Shown here piece after piece: positions 7,315 to 16,233 of a stretch of 27,293 nt of DNA (positions are counted from its first letter, which is position 1; each line of letters opens with the position of its first letter). Under the pieces are notes generated by a model. It was not told the origin of the DNA. It saw only the letters and a program-made list of their open reading frames with translations, and ran no database searches. Location: the IMG/VR virus record IMGVR_UViG_3300031922_000065, positions 1 to 27,293 of that record, one strand, 5' to 3'. The stretch comes from a virus (taxonomy: Duplodnaviria > Caudoviricetes). Position numbers and translations under genes: made by a program.

Positions 7315-7752
7315 CTAGTTTAGGTCAATGCGCGGCGCACGCAGCGCTATGTGCGTGCTGGAGACGATTTCTACATCGCCCACACACTGGATGCTGAGCC
7401 GGTGCGCAGCGCGATCGTAGTCGATGGTGGTGCCGTCGGCAAAGCGCACGCGGTGATGATCGGCCGATGCGACCGGCGGCGCGTCGCGCTGGCTGTAGAG
7501 GGCGCCGAGCACGCAGCCGGTTTCGCCCCGGCGGTCGAGCAGCAGCGCCACGTGCTCACCCACATCCGGCAGGTGCCAGTGCTGGTCGAGGTGCGTCTTG
7601 CTGTGCAGCACGGGCAGCCAGTGGGTGTGCAGGTCGTCGAGGTCGGGCAGGCGCACGCGCACGCGGCCGTGCGTCGCATCCAATGCGACCACGAAGCCAA
7701 AGCGCAGGGTGACGGCGGACTCGGCGAAGGTGTCGGGGGCGGGGTCAAACAT
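7315..7752 (-). CDS. Baseplate assembly protein V (spike)
   Basis: RVRVRLPDLD...WLPVL, LPDVGEHV, FADGTTIDYDR; likely start MFDP overlapping the gpD stop. Confidence 0.9.
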   Translation of the reverse strand: MFDPAPDTFAESAVTLRFGFVVALDATHGRVRVRLPDLDDLHTHWLPVLHSKTHLDQHWHLPDVGEHVALLLDRRGETGCVLGALYSQRDAPPVASADHHRVRFADGTTIDYDRAAHRLSIQCVGDVEIVSSTHIALRAPRIDLN

Positions 7753-8776
7753 GGGCGATTTTGCGCAGTTGCAGCGCACAGGTGTAGCCCGACTGGGCGA
7801 TTTCGTGGCGCGCTTGCACGATCACGTAGCGCCCGTCGATGCGCCCCAGGCCCTCGATGGACAGCGCCAGTCCGGCGGCCATGCGCGGGTCGCCAGGCAG
7901 ACTGACCTCGAGGCTGGTTTGGTCGAGCGCGCGCCGATCCATTTCGGCCTGAGCCAGGGCCTGGGCCTGCTCGGCGCTGCTGGCGCGGGTGTGCAGGTGC
8001 CGGATGTCGGCGGCGGTGGCGTCGGTGGGGGCGCTGGCGCTGGCGGCGCTGGCGCTGGCGCTGTGCACCTGGGCGCGGTGCGGGTCGTGGTGGCGCACGC
8101 TGGCCTGCGCGGGCACGGCCACGATCTGGTCGCGGTAGCTCCAGCTGGTGATGTCGGATGGCCGAAGTGTGCGCAGCGCGGGCCCGGCATCGGCCAGCCG
8201 CTGCACGCCCATAACCGTGTTGTTTTGCGTGAGCTTGATGACGTAGCCGTATTCGCGCGCCAGCCGCGCAGCGAACTGCCAGAGGGTTTCTTGGTACTGC
8301 GTCACGCGCTCGATGGCCGGGTCGGGCTCGATGCGGCCCTCCAGCCTCGCCCCTACGCTGGCCGCCACCTGCTCCAAAATGGCGCGCAGGCTGGTGTCTT
8401 CGAAGGCGCGCGCCAGGCGGGTGCGCACCATGCGCGAGACGCCGGTGGCCTGGGCCCGCAGCCGCACCACCAGCGGCGGCGCACCGATCTCGATCTCATC
8501 GACCTCAAAGGCCCCGGCTGGCACCAGCGCCTGGTGCGCCCAGCCAAAGCGCGCCTCGATCTCCATGCCTTTGTCGGGGTACCAGTCGGCCAGCCAGCGC
8601 GAGGCGTCGGCCTGCGGTTGCCCCAGCTCCAGCTCGAGCGTGTCGGCCTCGCCGCTCATGCGGTCGGTGAAGGTGAAGCGGCTGAGGTAGGGCGCCAAGT
8701 CGGCGCTGATGTCGCGCCCGTTGTAGCGCACCTCGACCCTTGCGGCCAAGGCGCGGGCGCGCAGATCTTCAGCCAC
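7745..8776 (-). CDS. Late control D family / baseplate hub protein
   Basis: YNGRDISADL, FTDRMSGEADTLEL, FEVDEIE, GDPRMAAG...GRYVI. Confidence 0.88.
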   Translation of the reverse strand: MAEDLRARALAARVEVRYNGRDISADLAPYLSRFTFTDRMSGEADTLELELGQPQADASRWLADWYPDKGMEIEARFGWAHQALVPAGAFEVDEIEIGAPPLVVRLRAQATGVSRMVRTRLARAFEDTSLRAILEQVAASVGARLEGRIEPDPAIERVTQYQETLWQFAARLAREYGYVIKLTQNNTVMGVQRLADAGPALRTLRPSDITSWSYRDQIVAVPAQASVRHHDPHRAQVHSASASAASASAPTDATAADIRHLHTRASSAEQAQALAQAEMDRRALDQTSLEVSLPGDPRMAAGLALSIEGLGRIDGRYVIVQARHEIAQSGYTCALQLRKIAHV

Positions 8777-8987
8777 GGCTGCGCCTCCACGGCGGCAGCG
8801 CGTCGGTGCGGGAGGCTTGGGCGATCAAGGGCACGCGCAGGCGCAGCCCGGCGGGCAGCAGCGGCGTGGCGCTGGCGTGCGGATTGGCGGCCAGCAAGGC
8901 GGGCACGTGCCGCACATCGCGGTAGTAGCGCCAGGCGATTGTGTCCCAGCGCTCGCCGTCGCTGGTGGTGTGCATCAGGTAGGCCAC
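8769..8987 (-). CDS. Tail protein X (LysM-like), 72 aa
   Basis: GTG start with AGGAG RBS; GERWDTIAWRYY...LLAANP...LPAGLRLRVP...LPPWR. Confidence 0.88.
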   Translation of the reverse strand: MAYLMHTTSDGERWDTIAWRYYRDVRHVPALLAANPHASATPLLPAGLRLRVPLIAQASRTDALPPWRRSRG

Positions 8988-9883
8988 AGCCGGGGCTCCT
9001 TCAAGATGGCGGTATGCGCCAGCCGTGCCAGCGCATCGCGCGACTGATCCCCGGCTCGCACGGCCATTTGGGCGTGCAGCATGGCACCGCTTAGGCCGTC
9101 GAGCCCCGCGCCGAGTGCATTGGCGCTGCGCTCTAGGTGGGTGCGCGCGCCGCCAAGCGCCGCAGCCGCTGCGGTGGCGCTGCTGGCCACGTGCTGAATC
9201 GATCGCAGCGCAGTCAGCCCCTCGACCGGGAGCGCCTGGGCGGCTGCGGCGAGCGATGCCGCTGCACCAGGCAGCAGCAGCAGCGCCGCCGGGCCGGATT
9301 GTTGCGCCAGGCTGGCCAGGCTTTGCACCTGGGATGCGACACGGCCCACCTGCCCCACCGCAGCCAGCGCACCGGACACGGCCGCACCCACGGCCGCCAC
9401 CGGGCCGCCGAAGCTGCCCAGCGGGACTTCGGCGTCGCCCACGGCGGCAATGGGGATGCGCAGACCGGCCTGGATGACGCCTGGCGGCAGCGGCTCGGCG
9501 GAGTCGCCGATGTATTCGCGCAGCTTGATGCGCAGCTCCAGCGCCAGCAGCGCGCCCACGCCGTCGGTCTGGCGCGTGCTCAGGTCCATGGACTCGATCA
9601 CAAACACGCCGCGGTATTCGCCGGTGCCCAGCACAAAGGCCAACGGGCGGGTGGCGTCCATGGCGGCCTTGAGCTTGGCCACCTCTTGCGCCGGGTTGCA
9701 CCAGGCAGCGTGCAGGCTGGCCGTGATCTCGATTTCGTCGGGAGCGAAGCCGGTGTGCTGGAGCAGCGCCTTGCGCCCGATCAGGCCCTGCTCGGCGTAC
9801 TGCGCGCCAAAGCGCGCCTCCATGCCGCCCATCCAGGTGATGATCTCCAGCTCGATCTCGTCGAGCACTGCGTATAGGCTCAT
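8975..9883 (-). CDS. P2 GpU family tail protein with Ala-rich C-terminal extension
   Basis: Start MSLYAVLD overlaps tape measure stop; YAEQGLIGRKALLQHTG, GEYRGVFVI, LREY. Confidence 0.85.
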   Translation of the reverse strand: MSLYAVLDEIELEIITWMGGMEARFGAQYAEQGLIGRKALLQHTGFAPDEIEITASLHAAWCNPAQEVAKLKAAMDATRPLAFVLGTGEYRGVFVIESMDLSTRQTDGVGALLALELRIKLREYIGDSAEPLPPGVIQAGLRIPIAAVGDAEVPLGSFGGPVAAVGAAVSGALAAVGQVGRVASQVQSLASLAQQSGPAALLLLPGAAASLAAAAQALPVEGLTALRSIQHVASSATAAAAALGGARTHLERSANALGAGLDGLSGAMLHAQMAVRAGDQSRDALARLAHTAILKEPRLWPT

Positions 9884-12570
9884 GGGCTGATCCTGGCGCG
9901 CTCGCTTTGGTAGCGGCGCATGAGGCGCTCGAACTCGTCGAAACTCACGCGCATGGCGGCTTGCACCTCTTGGCTCACACCCGCCGGCGCGCCGGCGCCC
10001 ACGTGGATCACGGGGGCAAAGTGAATCTGTGTCGCAGATGCCGGTGCGGCTGCCGCCCTGGGCGCTGCGGCCGGCAGCTTGGCCTCTGGGAGGGCTGGGG
10101 CCGCAGCGGGCAGCAGCGCCTGGCGGATAGATTGCACCGCCTCGGGCAGCACCGGCGCAGCGGGCAGCAGCGGGGCGGCCATGGCAGCCGTGGAGCCGAG
10201 CGCCACCGTAGCGGCGGCGGCCATGCCGGCGGCGGCCTTGGTCACCGCATCCAGCCGGGCCCCCATGCCCAGCGCCAGCCCCTCGGAAAGATTTCCGCCC
10301 AACTCGGCAAACACCCGCGAGGGTGAGCGGATGCCCAAAAAGCCTTTGAGCCGGTCGCGCACGGCGGCCCCCAGCTCGGCCACGGCCTGCCCGGCGGCGG
10401 CCATCTTTTGCCGGATGCCTTGGATCAGCCCGGCCACAATCTGACCACCAATGGCCAGCATCTGCCCCGGCAGCGCCCGCAGCATGCCCGGAATACCTAG
10501 CACCGCGCGCACCACAGTGGCTATGCCGTTGCCCACTCGCACACCAAACGCCTCTGCTGCTCCACCCGTATCCTCCACGGGCTTGATCAGGGCGCGAAAC
10601 CAGCCGCCCACGCGCGACAGCAGGCTGCCGATGGGCGCGAGCAGCGGCACCACCGGCGCGAAGGCGGCCCGCACCGACTGCGCTATCGGGGCCAGCCCGG
10701 CCACCAGCCCGCTCCACAGCCCCCGGAAGAAGCCGGCAATCGGCCCCCAGAATTTGTAAACCAGCAGCGCGGCGGCGGTGAGCGCCAGCCCGATCGGGTT
10801 CATGAGCGCGAGGCGACCTACCATCATGATCGCCCGGCCCAGCCCCCTAATTACTCCGCCCAGCCTCATGACGGCCGCACCGGCCCGCCCGCTGCTGGCC
10901 GCCACCGCCTGCATCGGCGCAGCCCCCGCCAGCATCGCGGCACGCCCGATGGCCGCGCGCGCCGCCAGCGACTGCCATGCCAACCCCAAGGAGTTGAGGG
11001 GCGATAGCACCAGGAAGTTGACCGCCCAGCCAACCGCCAAGGCGCCGAGCTTGAATGCCGTCACGCCCAGCACCACGCCTGCCAGCAACCGGATCAATTC
11101 CGGGTTGGCTTGCGCCCACTGGCTGATACCCAGAGCGATAGGCGTGAGCGCCTGCGCCAAAGAGAGTGCGGCCGGCAACAAAGCTTCGCCGATGCTGATC
11201 GCCATATCCTGCAACTGGATGCGCAGCCGCTTGAGTTGCTCGGCCGGTGACTCCTCGCGCCGAGCAAAATCTGCGTCCAGGGTTAGGGTGCCCTCGGCGT
11301 TGCGGCCGCTGGCGGTCTGCGCACGAATGCGGCCGAGCTGGTCGCGGTTTTGCAGCTCTGCCAGCAGGTAGCTGGTGGCCTGCATATCCTGGAACACCTG
11401 CCCCAGGCCCGCCCGCTGGCCTAGGGCCTCGATCATGCCCCGGCGCCGCTGCATCTCTGTGGCGCGCTCGGCCGGGTCTTTGATCGCCGCGATTTCGTTC
11501 GAGAGCGCCTGCAACTCCTGCGCCACAGCGGGGGTCTGCTGGCCGATGCGCTCCATGATCATGCCCACCGCACCCTCGATCGGGTCCAGCCCCTGGCGCG
11601 CCAGGCCCAGCATGCGGCCCTGGAGGTCGATTCCCAGGCGCTCGAAATCCTTGGCTGTATCGGGGCTGGTGAGTTTGGTGAGGAAGTTGCGAAAGTTGTT
11701 GGCGGCTTCGTCGGTGCTGCCTGCTGTGGCCATGGCAATTTGCAGGCGCGAAGCCATGTTGACCACGGCCTCGTTGCCCACCACGCCGATGGCCTTCATT
11801 TGCCCACCCAGCGCCGGGAACCAGCGCGCCATATCGCGCACCTCAAAACTGCCCAGCTTGCCCGCAGTGGCAGCCTGCGAGAACGCCAGCTCCATATCTT
11901 GCGCCGACACGCCCAGCACATCAAAGGAGACCATCATGCGCGCCGCATCATCCAGGCTGGCGCGGCTGGCGGTGGTGAACCGCCCCAGTAAGGCGGCCTG
12001 GTCGGCGGCTTTTTTGGTCTCCATGCCGTTGGCGATCAGCAGCGCGGTACCGCGCGCCACTTCGCTTGCCGTCTGATTTACGCTCAGGGCCACGCCGCGC
12101 AGCGTCACACCCAGACGGGCTTGCTCATCGCGGGTGAGGTCGCCCACGATGGCCAGATCGTTCATGACATCGCCGAAGTTGACCGCCTCGCGCATCGCCG
12201 CCAACACCGGCGCCCCCACGGCGGCAGCGGTTGCCGTCGCGCCCATGAGGTCACCGCCAATTTGCTCGCGCCCCTGCGCCAGCTGGTCGCGCCGATCCAT
12301 ACTGCGCTGCATCGCCTGGTGCCGGTTCTGCACGTTGGTGATGGCGCTGCCGAGCTCGTCGTAGCGCCGCCGCAGGTCGCCCAGCGCGCGCTGGGGGTGT
12401 TGCAGCGCCTGCGCCATCACGCGCCCGAGCCGCTCCTGGCGCGATTGCAGTACGTCGCCGGCGCGCGTTAGTCCGTCTAGCGAGCCCTTGGTGCTGGCCA
12501 GTGCCGCGCCGACTGCCGCTGTGCCCAGCGCGCCCAGCCTGATGCTAAAAAGGATGTCAGATGCAGCCAT
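9880..12570 (-). CDS. Tail tape measure protein (896 aa)
   Basis: Long Ala/Gly-rich helical protein, GKLGSFEVRDMA, EAANNFRNFL, NPIGL; follows tail chaperones. Confidence 0.93.
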   Translation of the reverse strand: MAASDILFSIRLGALGTAAVGAALASTKGSLDGLTRAGDVLQSRQERLGRVMAQALQHPQRALGDLRRRYDELGSAITNVQNRHQAMQRSMDRRDQLAQGREQIGGDLMGATATAAAVGAPVLAAMREAVNFGDVMNDLAIVGDLTRDEQARLGVTLRGVALSVNQTASEVARGTALLIANGMETKKAADQAALLGRFTTASRASLDDAARMMVSFDVLGVSAQDMELAFSQAATAGKLGSFEVRDMARWFPALGGQMKAIGVVGNEAVVNMASRLQIAMATAGSTDEAANNFRNFLTKLTSPDTAKDFERLGIDLQGRMLGLARQGLDPIEGAVGMIMERIGQQTPAVAQELQALSNEIAAIKDPAERATEMQRRRGMIEALGQRAGLGQVFQDMQATSYLLAELQNRDQLGRIRAQTASGRNAEGTLTLDADFARREESPAEQLKRLRIQLQDMAISIGEALLPAALSLAQALTPIALGISQWAQANPELIRLLAGVVLGVTAFKLGALAVGWAVNFLVLSPLNSLGLAWQSLAARAAIGRAAMLAGAAPMQAVAASSGRAGAAVMRLGGVIRGLGRAIMMVGRLALMNPIGLALTAAALLVYKFWGPIAGFFRGLWSGLVAGLAPIAQSVRAAFAPVVPLLAPIGSLLSRVGGWFRALIKPVEDTGGAAEAFGVRVGNGIATVVRAVLGIPGMLRALPGQMLAIGGQIVAGLIQGIRQKMAAAGQAVAELGAAVRDRLKGFLGIRSPSRVFAELGGNLSEGLALGMGARLDAVTKAAAGMAAAATVALGSTAAMAAPLLPAAPVLPEAVQSIRQALLPAAAPALPEAKLPAAAPRAAAAPASATQIHFAPVIHVGAGAPAGVSQEVQAAMRVSFDEFERLMRRYQSERARISP

Positions 12571-12633
12571 CGGAGTCGGTCGTTGTGGTCGTTGCCATTG
12601 CCCTGCCTTTTTTGATCATCCCTGCGCTGGCCC

Positions 12634-12796
12634 TCATGCTCTGGCCTCATCCTTGATCTGCTGCTGCGCCAGCTCTAGCCAGCGCACAAAGTCGGCCACC
12701 TCCAGCGCATCGATCTCCGACGGCTGGAAGCGAAACCAGCGCGCCAGCAGCGCCGCGCCTTGCCAGAGCGGCTCAGGCTTTATCCAGCATGGCGCG
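12634..12796 (-). CDS. GpE'-like tail chaperone extension, probably expressed by frameshift from the upstream chaperone
   Basis: LARWFRFQPSEIDALEVADFVRW matches the P2 GpE-family pattern; no ATG/GTG/TTG start nearby in frame. Confidence 0.75.
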
Positions 12797-13027
12797 AAAG
12801 GAGTCTGCCAGCACCCGATAGTCCGACAAGTCCAGCTCCTCCAGGTCTTCGGGCGTGACGCCGCACAGCAGCGCCAGCAGCGCCAGCTCTTGCTCCTCGG
12901 CCTTGTCGCTGCGCCGCTGCGCCTCTTTGAGGTCGCGCACCTTGGCGCGGCGCATGGCCAGCTTGGTGAGCGTCTGGCCACTGGCCAGCTTGACCGGGTG
13001 CGCCAGCGTGATTTGTTTGGGTTCCAT
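12773..13027 (-). CDS. Tail assembly chaperone (GpE/gp41-like)
   Basis: ITLAHPV...MRRAKVRDL...EDLEELDLSDY; between tube and tape measure; GGAGG RBS. Confidence 0.88.
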   Translation of the reverse strand: MEPKQITLAHPVKLASGQTLTKLAMRRAKVRDLKEAQRRSDKAEEQELALLALLCGVTPEDLEELDLSDYRVLADSFRAMLDKA

Positions 13028-13031
13028 GCGA

Positions 13032-13553
13032 TCAGCCTCCGATGTTGGCGCTGTACTGGGCCAGCAGATCGACCCCGCCGGCCTTGTAGATGTTTTCCAG
13101 CACGTCGATCTCGGTCACGTCCTGGCCGTCCACCGTGAGCTTCATGTAGTAGGCGATGAAGTCGGTTTCGAGCTCGACGTTCTCGTGTTGTTTGAACACG
13201 CCGCCGGGCAGGCTGGTGAACACCACCGACAGCAGCGCCACCACCGGGGCCTCGCGCGAGACGCTGCCGCCCAGGATGATGGGCATGGAGCCGCGCACCT
13301 GAAGCTGCACCGCCTTGAACGGGTTGGCCACCTTCTTGAGCACGTCGGCGTAGTAGCTGGACCAGCGCACCTTGCCCTCGAGCTTCTCGAAGCCCGCAAA
13401 AGCCTCGATGGTGCCGACCATGCCCAGCGCCTTGTGCTCGGTCATTTTGACCTTGACCTGTGGCAGGTCGATCGAGTCGGCGCGCCCGAGCAGCGACTGC
13501 CCGTCGAGGTAGATGTTGGCGTTGGTGATGCGGTGAATTTGGATTTTTGCCAT
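13032..13553 (-). CDS. Major tail tube protein (P2 FII family)
   Basis: NANIYLDG..LLGRA, EHKALGMVG, EIDVLENIYKAGGVD; follows sheath. Confidence 0.92.
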   Translation of the reverse strand: MAKIQIHRITNANIYLDGQSLLGRADSIDLPQVKVKMTEHKALGMVGTIEAFAGFEKLEGKVRWSSYYADVLKKVANPFKAVQLQVRGSMPIILGGSVSREAPVVALLSVVFTSLPGGVFKQHENVELETDFIAYYMKLTVDGQDVTEIDVLENIYKAGGVDLLAQYSANIGG

Positions 13554-13568
13554 GATGCGTTCCCCTGG

Positions 13569-14804
13569 TTACTGCTGGCCGCCCAAGCCGCGCAGCAGCT
13601 CGATGTCGATGAAGCTCTCGAAGCTGATGCGCTCGGCGGGCGTAGGCGGCATGAAGCTGATGTCGAAAGTGATGTGCCCCAGCGCCACCTGGGTGGGCGG
13701 GTTCTTGGCCGGGTCGTAGGTGCAGGCGCCGTCGATGAGTGCGCCGCGCCCGATCAGGGTGCGGATGAAGCCGTTGACCGAGCCCTTGATGTCGTCAATC
13801 AGCGCGTCGTTGATCGGGCGGTCGATGAACTGCAGCATCGAGTGCTCGACCGACTCGTGCAGCACGTCAGCAGTGCGGCGCACATTGATGAAGTTGCGCG
13901 GGTGCGTCACCGTAGGCCAGGCCGCACTGCGGTTGCCCCAGGCCCGAAAGCCGGTGCCAAAGCTGTTGAACACCGTCACGATGCCCACCTCGTTGAGCAG
14001 GTTGGCTTCGCTAAAGGGGTCGTTGATGCGTGCGGTAATGGCGCGCTCGCTGCCCACGATGCCGCGCAGCTCCTGGTTCGAAGGCGACCACCAGTAGCCG
14101 CGCTCGATGTCGGTGGCGCTCATCAGGCCCGCCAGGCGCGGGCTCATCGGCTCCAGCCGCTCGGCATCCAGGCGCGGGTCATAGACCTTGAGGTGCGGGT
14201 AGCACAGAATGGCGCGCTCGCTGGAGGTCTGGAAGTTGATCGAGCCGCCGGGGCCGCGCCCGCTCAGGGCCTGCGGCACCGTCACCCCGGCCGGGGCGTC
14301 GATCAGGGCCATGGCGCGCAGCCGGTGCGCCAGCGCAATCAGCTCGGTGGTCACGCTGGTGAGCGTGGCGTAGCCGGGCGCGATCAAAATCTTGGCGTTG
14401 AAGCCAAACAAGTTGAATGCGTCTTCGACGGCGCGCAGCCCGGTGCGCACCCCGGCCGCATCGACACCGCCAATGATGTGGCTGGGCGCAATCGGCGTGC
14501 GCCCGGCCTGCGCGGTCACGGTGTGCAGCGCCGGGTTAAAAACGTTGACCACGATCACCGTGGCGGCACCGTAGTCCATGATGGCATCCAGCGCCTGCGG
14601 GATGGTGTGTCCGGCCGAGTCTGGCGCGCCAATGCTGCCAAACTGGGCCGCGTCGCGCTCCGAGAGCACCAGCGTGGGGGTGTTGACGGGGCCGCTGGGC
14701 GCGGTGCCGATCAGGGCGATGACGGCGGTCTTGACGGTGCGAATCGGGCGCGGGCCGCGGTCGATCTCGATGGTCTCGACGCCGTGTAAAAAGTTGGCTG
14801 CCAT
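13569..14804 (-). CDS. Contractile tail sheath protein
   Basis: FLHGVETIE, GYWWSPSN, GFRAWGNR, FINVRRT, PPTPAERI. Confidence 0.95.
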   Translation of the reverse strand: MAANFLHGVETIEIDRGPRPIRTVKTAVIALIGTAPSGPVNTPTLVLSERDAAQFGSIGAPDSAGHTIPQALDAIMDYGAATVIVVNVFNPALHTVTAQAGRTPIAPSHIIGGVDAAGVRTGLRAVEDAFNLFGFNAKILIAPGYATLTSVTTELIALAHRLRAMALIDAPAGVTVPQALSGRGPGGSINFQTSSERAILCYPHLKVYDPRLDAERLEPMSPRLAGLMSATDIERGYWWSPSNQELRGIVGSERAITARINDPFSEANLLNEVGIVTVFNSFGTGFRAWGNRSAAWPTVTHPRNFINVRRTADVLHESVEHSMLQFIDRPINDALIDDIKGSVNGFIRTLIGRGALIDGACTYDPAKNPPTQVALGHITFDISFMPPTPAERISFESFIDIELLRGLGGQQ

Positions 14805-14810
14805 GTGGGT

Positions 14811-15020
14811 TTACTCCGTGGTAATGGTCTTGCTGGGGCTGGGCTTGCGCGCCGGGGTGGGTGCGGGCGCATCGGCGGGCACCAGGCGGCCCAGCGCCAC
14901 CAGGGTTTGCACCACCTCGTTGTCGTCGGGCAGATCGATGGGGGCGCCGGGGCACAGCAGCGCCTCGCGGCCGTCGGGCAGGGTCATGGCCGTGCGCGGG
15001 CCTTGGTAGTGGTACAGCAT
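14811..15020 (-). CDS. Hypothetical 69-aa protein upstream of sheath (Mu gp38 position)
   Basis: Fills gap in operon, AAGGA RBS. Confidence 0.7.
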   Translation of the reverse strand: MLYHYQGPRTAMTLPDGREALLCPGAPIDLPDDNEVVQTLVALGRLVPADAPAPTPARKPSPSKTITTE

Positions 15021-15023
15021 GAG

Positions 15024-15476
15024 TCAGGTTCCTTCAAAAATGGCTTGGACCAAAAGCGGCCCGCCTTCGTACTCCAGATCAGGGATCAGCGGCAAGGTGC
15101 TGGCCCAGCGCGTCAGCAGCGTCCAGGCCTCGCCCTCGCCCTCTTGCACCCGCGCATCGAGCAGGCGCAGCGGCGTAGCCCCCAGCGCCAGCCGCTGCGA
15201 ATGCAGGGCACGCCGGGTGGCCTCGAACAAGTCCCAGACCCCGGCCCCGTCGCGCAGCGAGCGTGCAAACAGCGCCACCTCGAGCGTCAGGCGCACCTCT
15301 TGCACGGCGGCCCCCACGTCGTCGGGGTCGCTGGCGCTCAGGTCGCTGGCCAGCACCACCGCCGCCCCTTTGGCGTGTGTGAAGCGGTAGCCGCGCGCGG
15401 GCAGCGCATCCACTGGCAGCGGCTGCAGCGCAGCGCGCAGGCGCTCGACAGCAGCGCGTTCGAGTTGCAAAATCAT
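15024..15476 (-). CDS. Gp37-like tail completion/terminator protein
   Basis: YRFTHAKGAAVV and RSLRDGAG pattern; position after gp36. Confidence 0.72.
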   Translation of the reverse strand: MILQLERAAVERLRAALQPLPVDALPARGYRFTHAKGAAVVLASDLSASDPDDVGAAVQEVRLTLEVALFARSLRDGAGVWDLFEATRRALHSQRLALGATPLRLLDARVQEGEGEAWTLLTRWASTLPLIPDLEYEGGPLLVQAIFEGT

Positions 15477-15477
15477 G

Positions 15478-15915
15478 TCACCAGCCCCCCATTCCAGTGC
15501 GGCCAAAGGTCGCCGCCGGGCCGCCTTGGGCGGCTGCCAGGCTCAGGCCCGGGCGCTGCGCTTCGGGCAGGGCCGCAGGCAGCCCCAGCGCCACCTTGCC
15601 CGATGCAATGCCCTCGAGCAGGCGTCGCGCATCTTCGTAGCGCTTGCGCGCGTCTTCAATGTCGCCCATGCGGCGCAGCCCCAGCAGCCGGTAGATCGCC
15701 ATGTCGCAAGCCAGCCGGCCCAGCAGCGCGGGCACCTTGGGCAGCGGCAGTTGGTAGCGCACCGACAGGTAGCCGTCGATCTCGGCGCTGGCATCCACCA
15801 GGGCCGCCGCGATCATGCGGTCGTCGGACAGGCCGACGCCGTCGCCGTCGGTGAGGTCCACCAGCCGGTCCACACCGTAGCGCAGTGCCAGTTCAGACGG
15901 GGCGGCGTAGCTCAT
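15478..15915 (-). CDS. Mu gp36-like (DUF1320) head-tail adaptor
   Basis: MSYA...DASAEIDGYL..RYQLPL, LACDMAIYRL, RYEDA..LL..IASGKVALG. Confidence 0.9.
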   Translation of the reverse strand: MSYAAPSELALRYGVDRLVDLTDGDGVGLSDDRMIAAALVDASAEIDGYLSVRYQLPLPKVPALLGRLACDMAIYRLLGLRRMGDIEDARKRYEDARRLLEGIASGKVALGLPAALPEAQRPGLSLAAAQGGPAATFGRTGMGGW

Positions 15916-16205
15916 GCCAATGCTCCTGGTGCATCTTCATGCGCCTGCAGCATGGCGTCGGCGCGGATCGCCTGCGCTTGCTCGGGCGTCACCTGCACCT
16001 GGCGCGGCTGGCGCTCAAAGCGCAACCCGGCACGCCAGCGCGCCTGCTCGCCCATCTGCGCCACCGTGCGCACCTGCAGTTGCACCATGCCAGGGATGGC
16101 TTCGGGTGCGCTGGCGGGCGCCACTTCGGGCACGGGTGCGGCGCGGGCGCGGGTGCGCCGAGCCGGTGCGGGATCGGGTGCGGGTGCGGGTGTGGTGTCG
16201 CTCAT
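15912..16205 (-). CDS. Hypothetical Mu gp35/HI1506-like protein
   Basis: RWRAGLRF...TPEQAQAIRADAML; position after major capsid. Confidence 0.7.
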   Translation of the reverse strand: MSDTTPAPAPDPAPARRTRARAAPVPEVAPASAPEAIPGMVQLQVRTVAQMGEQARWRAGLRFERQPRQVQVTPEQAQAIRADAMLQAHEDAPGALA

Positions 16206-16233
16206 GGCTAAGGCCTAGTTTGGCGGCGGGGCA

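Noticed and set aside
8031-8063. GCGCTG-type microsatellite in gpD
   Set aside because: Encodes a low-complexity Ser/Ala linker in frame; no evidence for phase variation.
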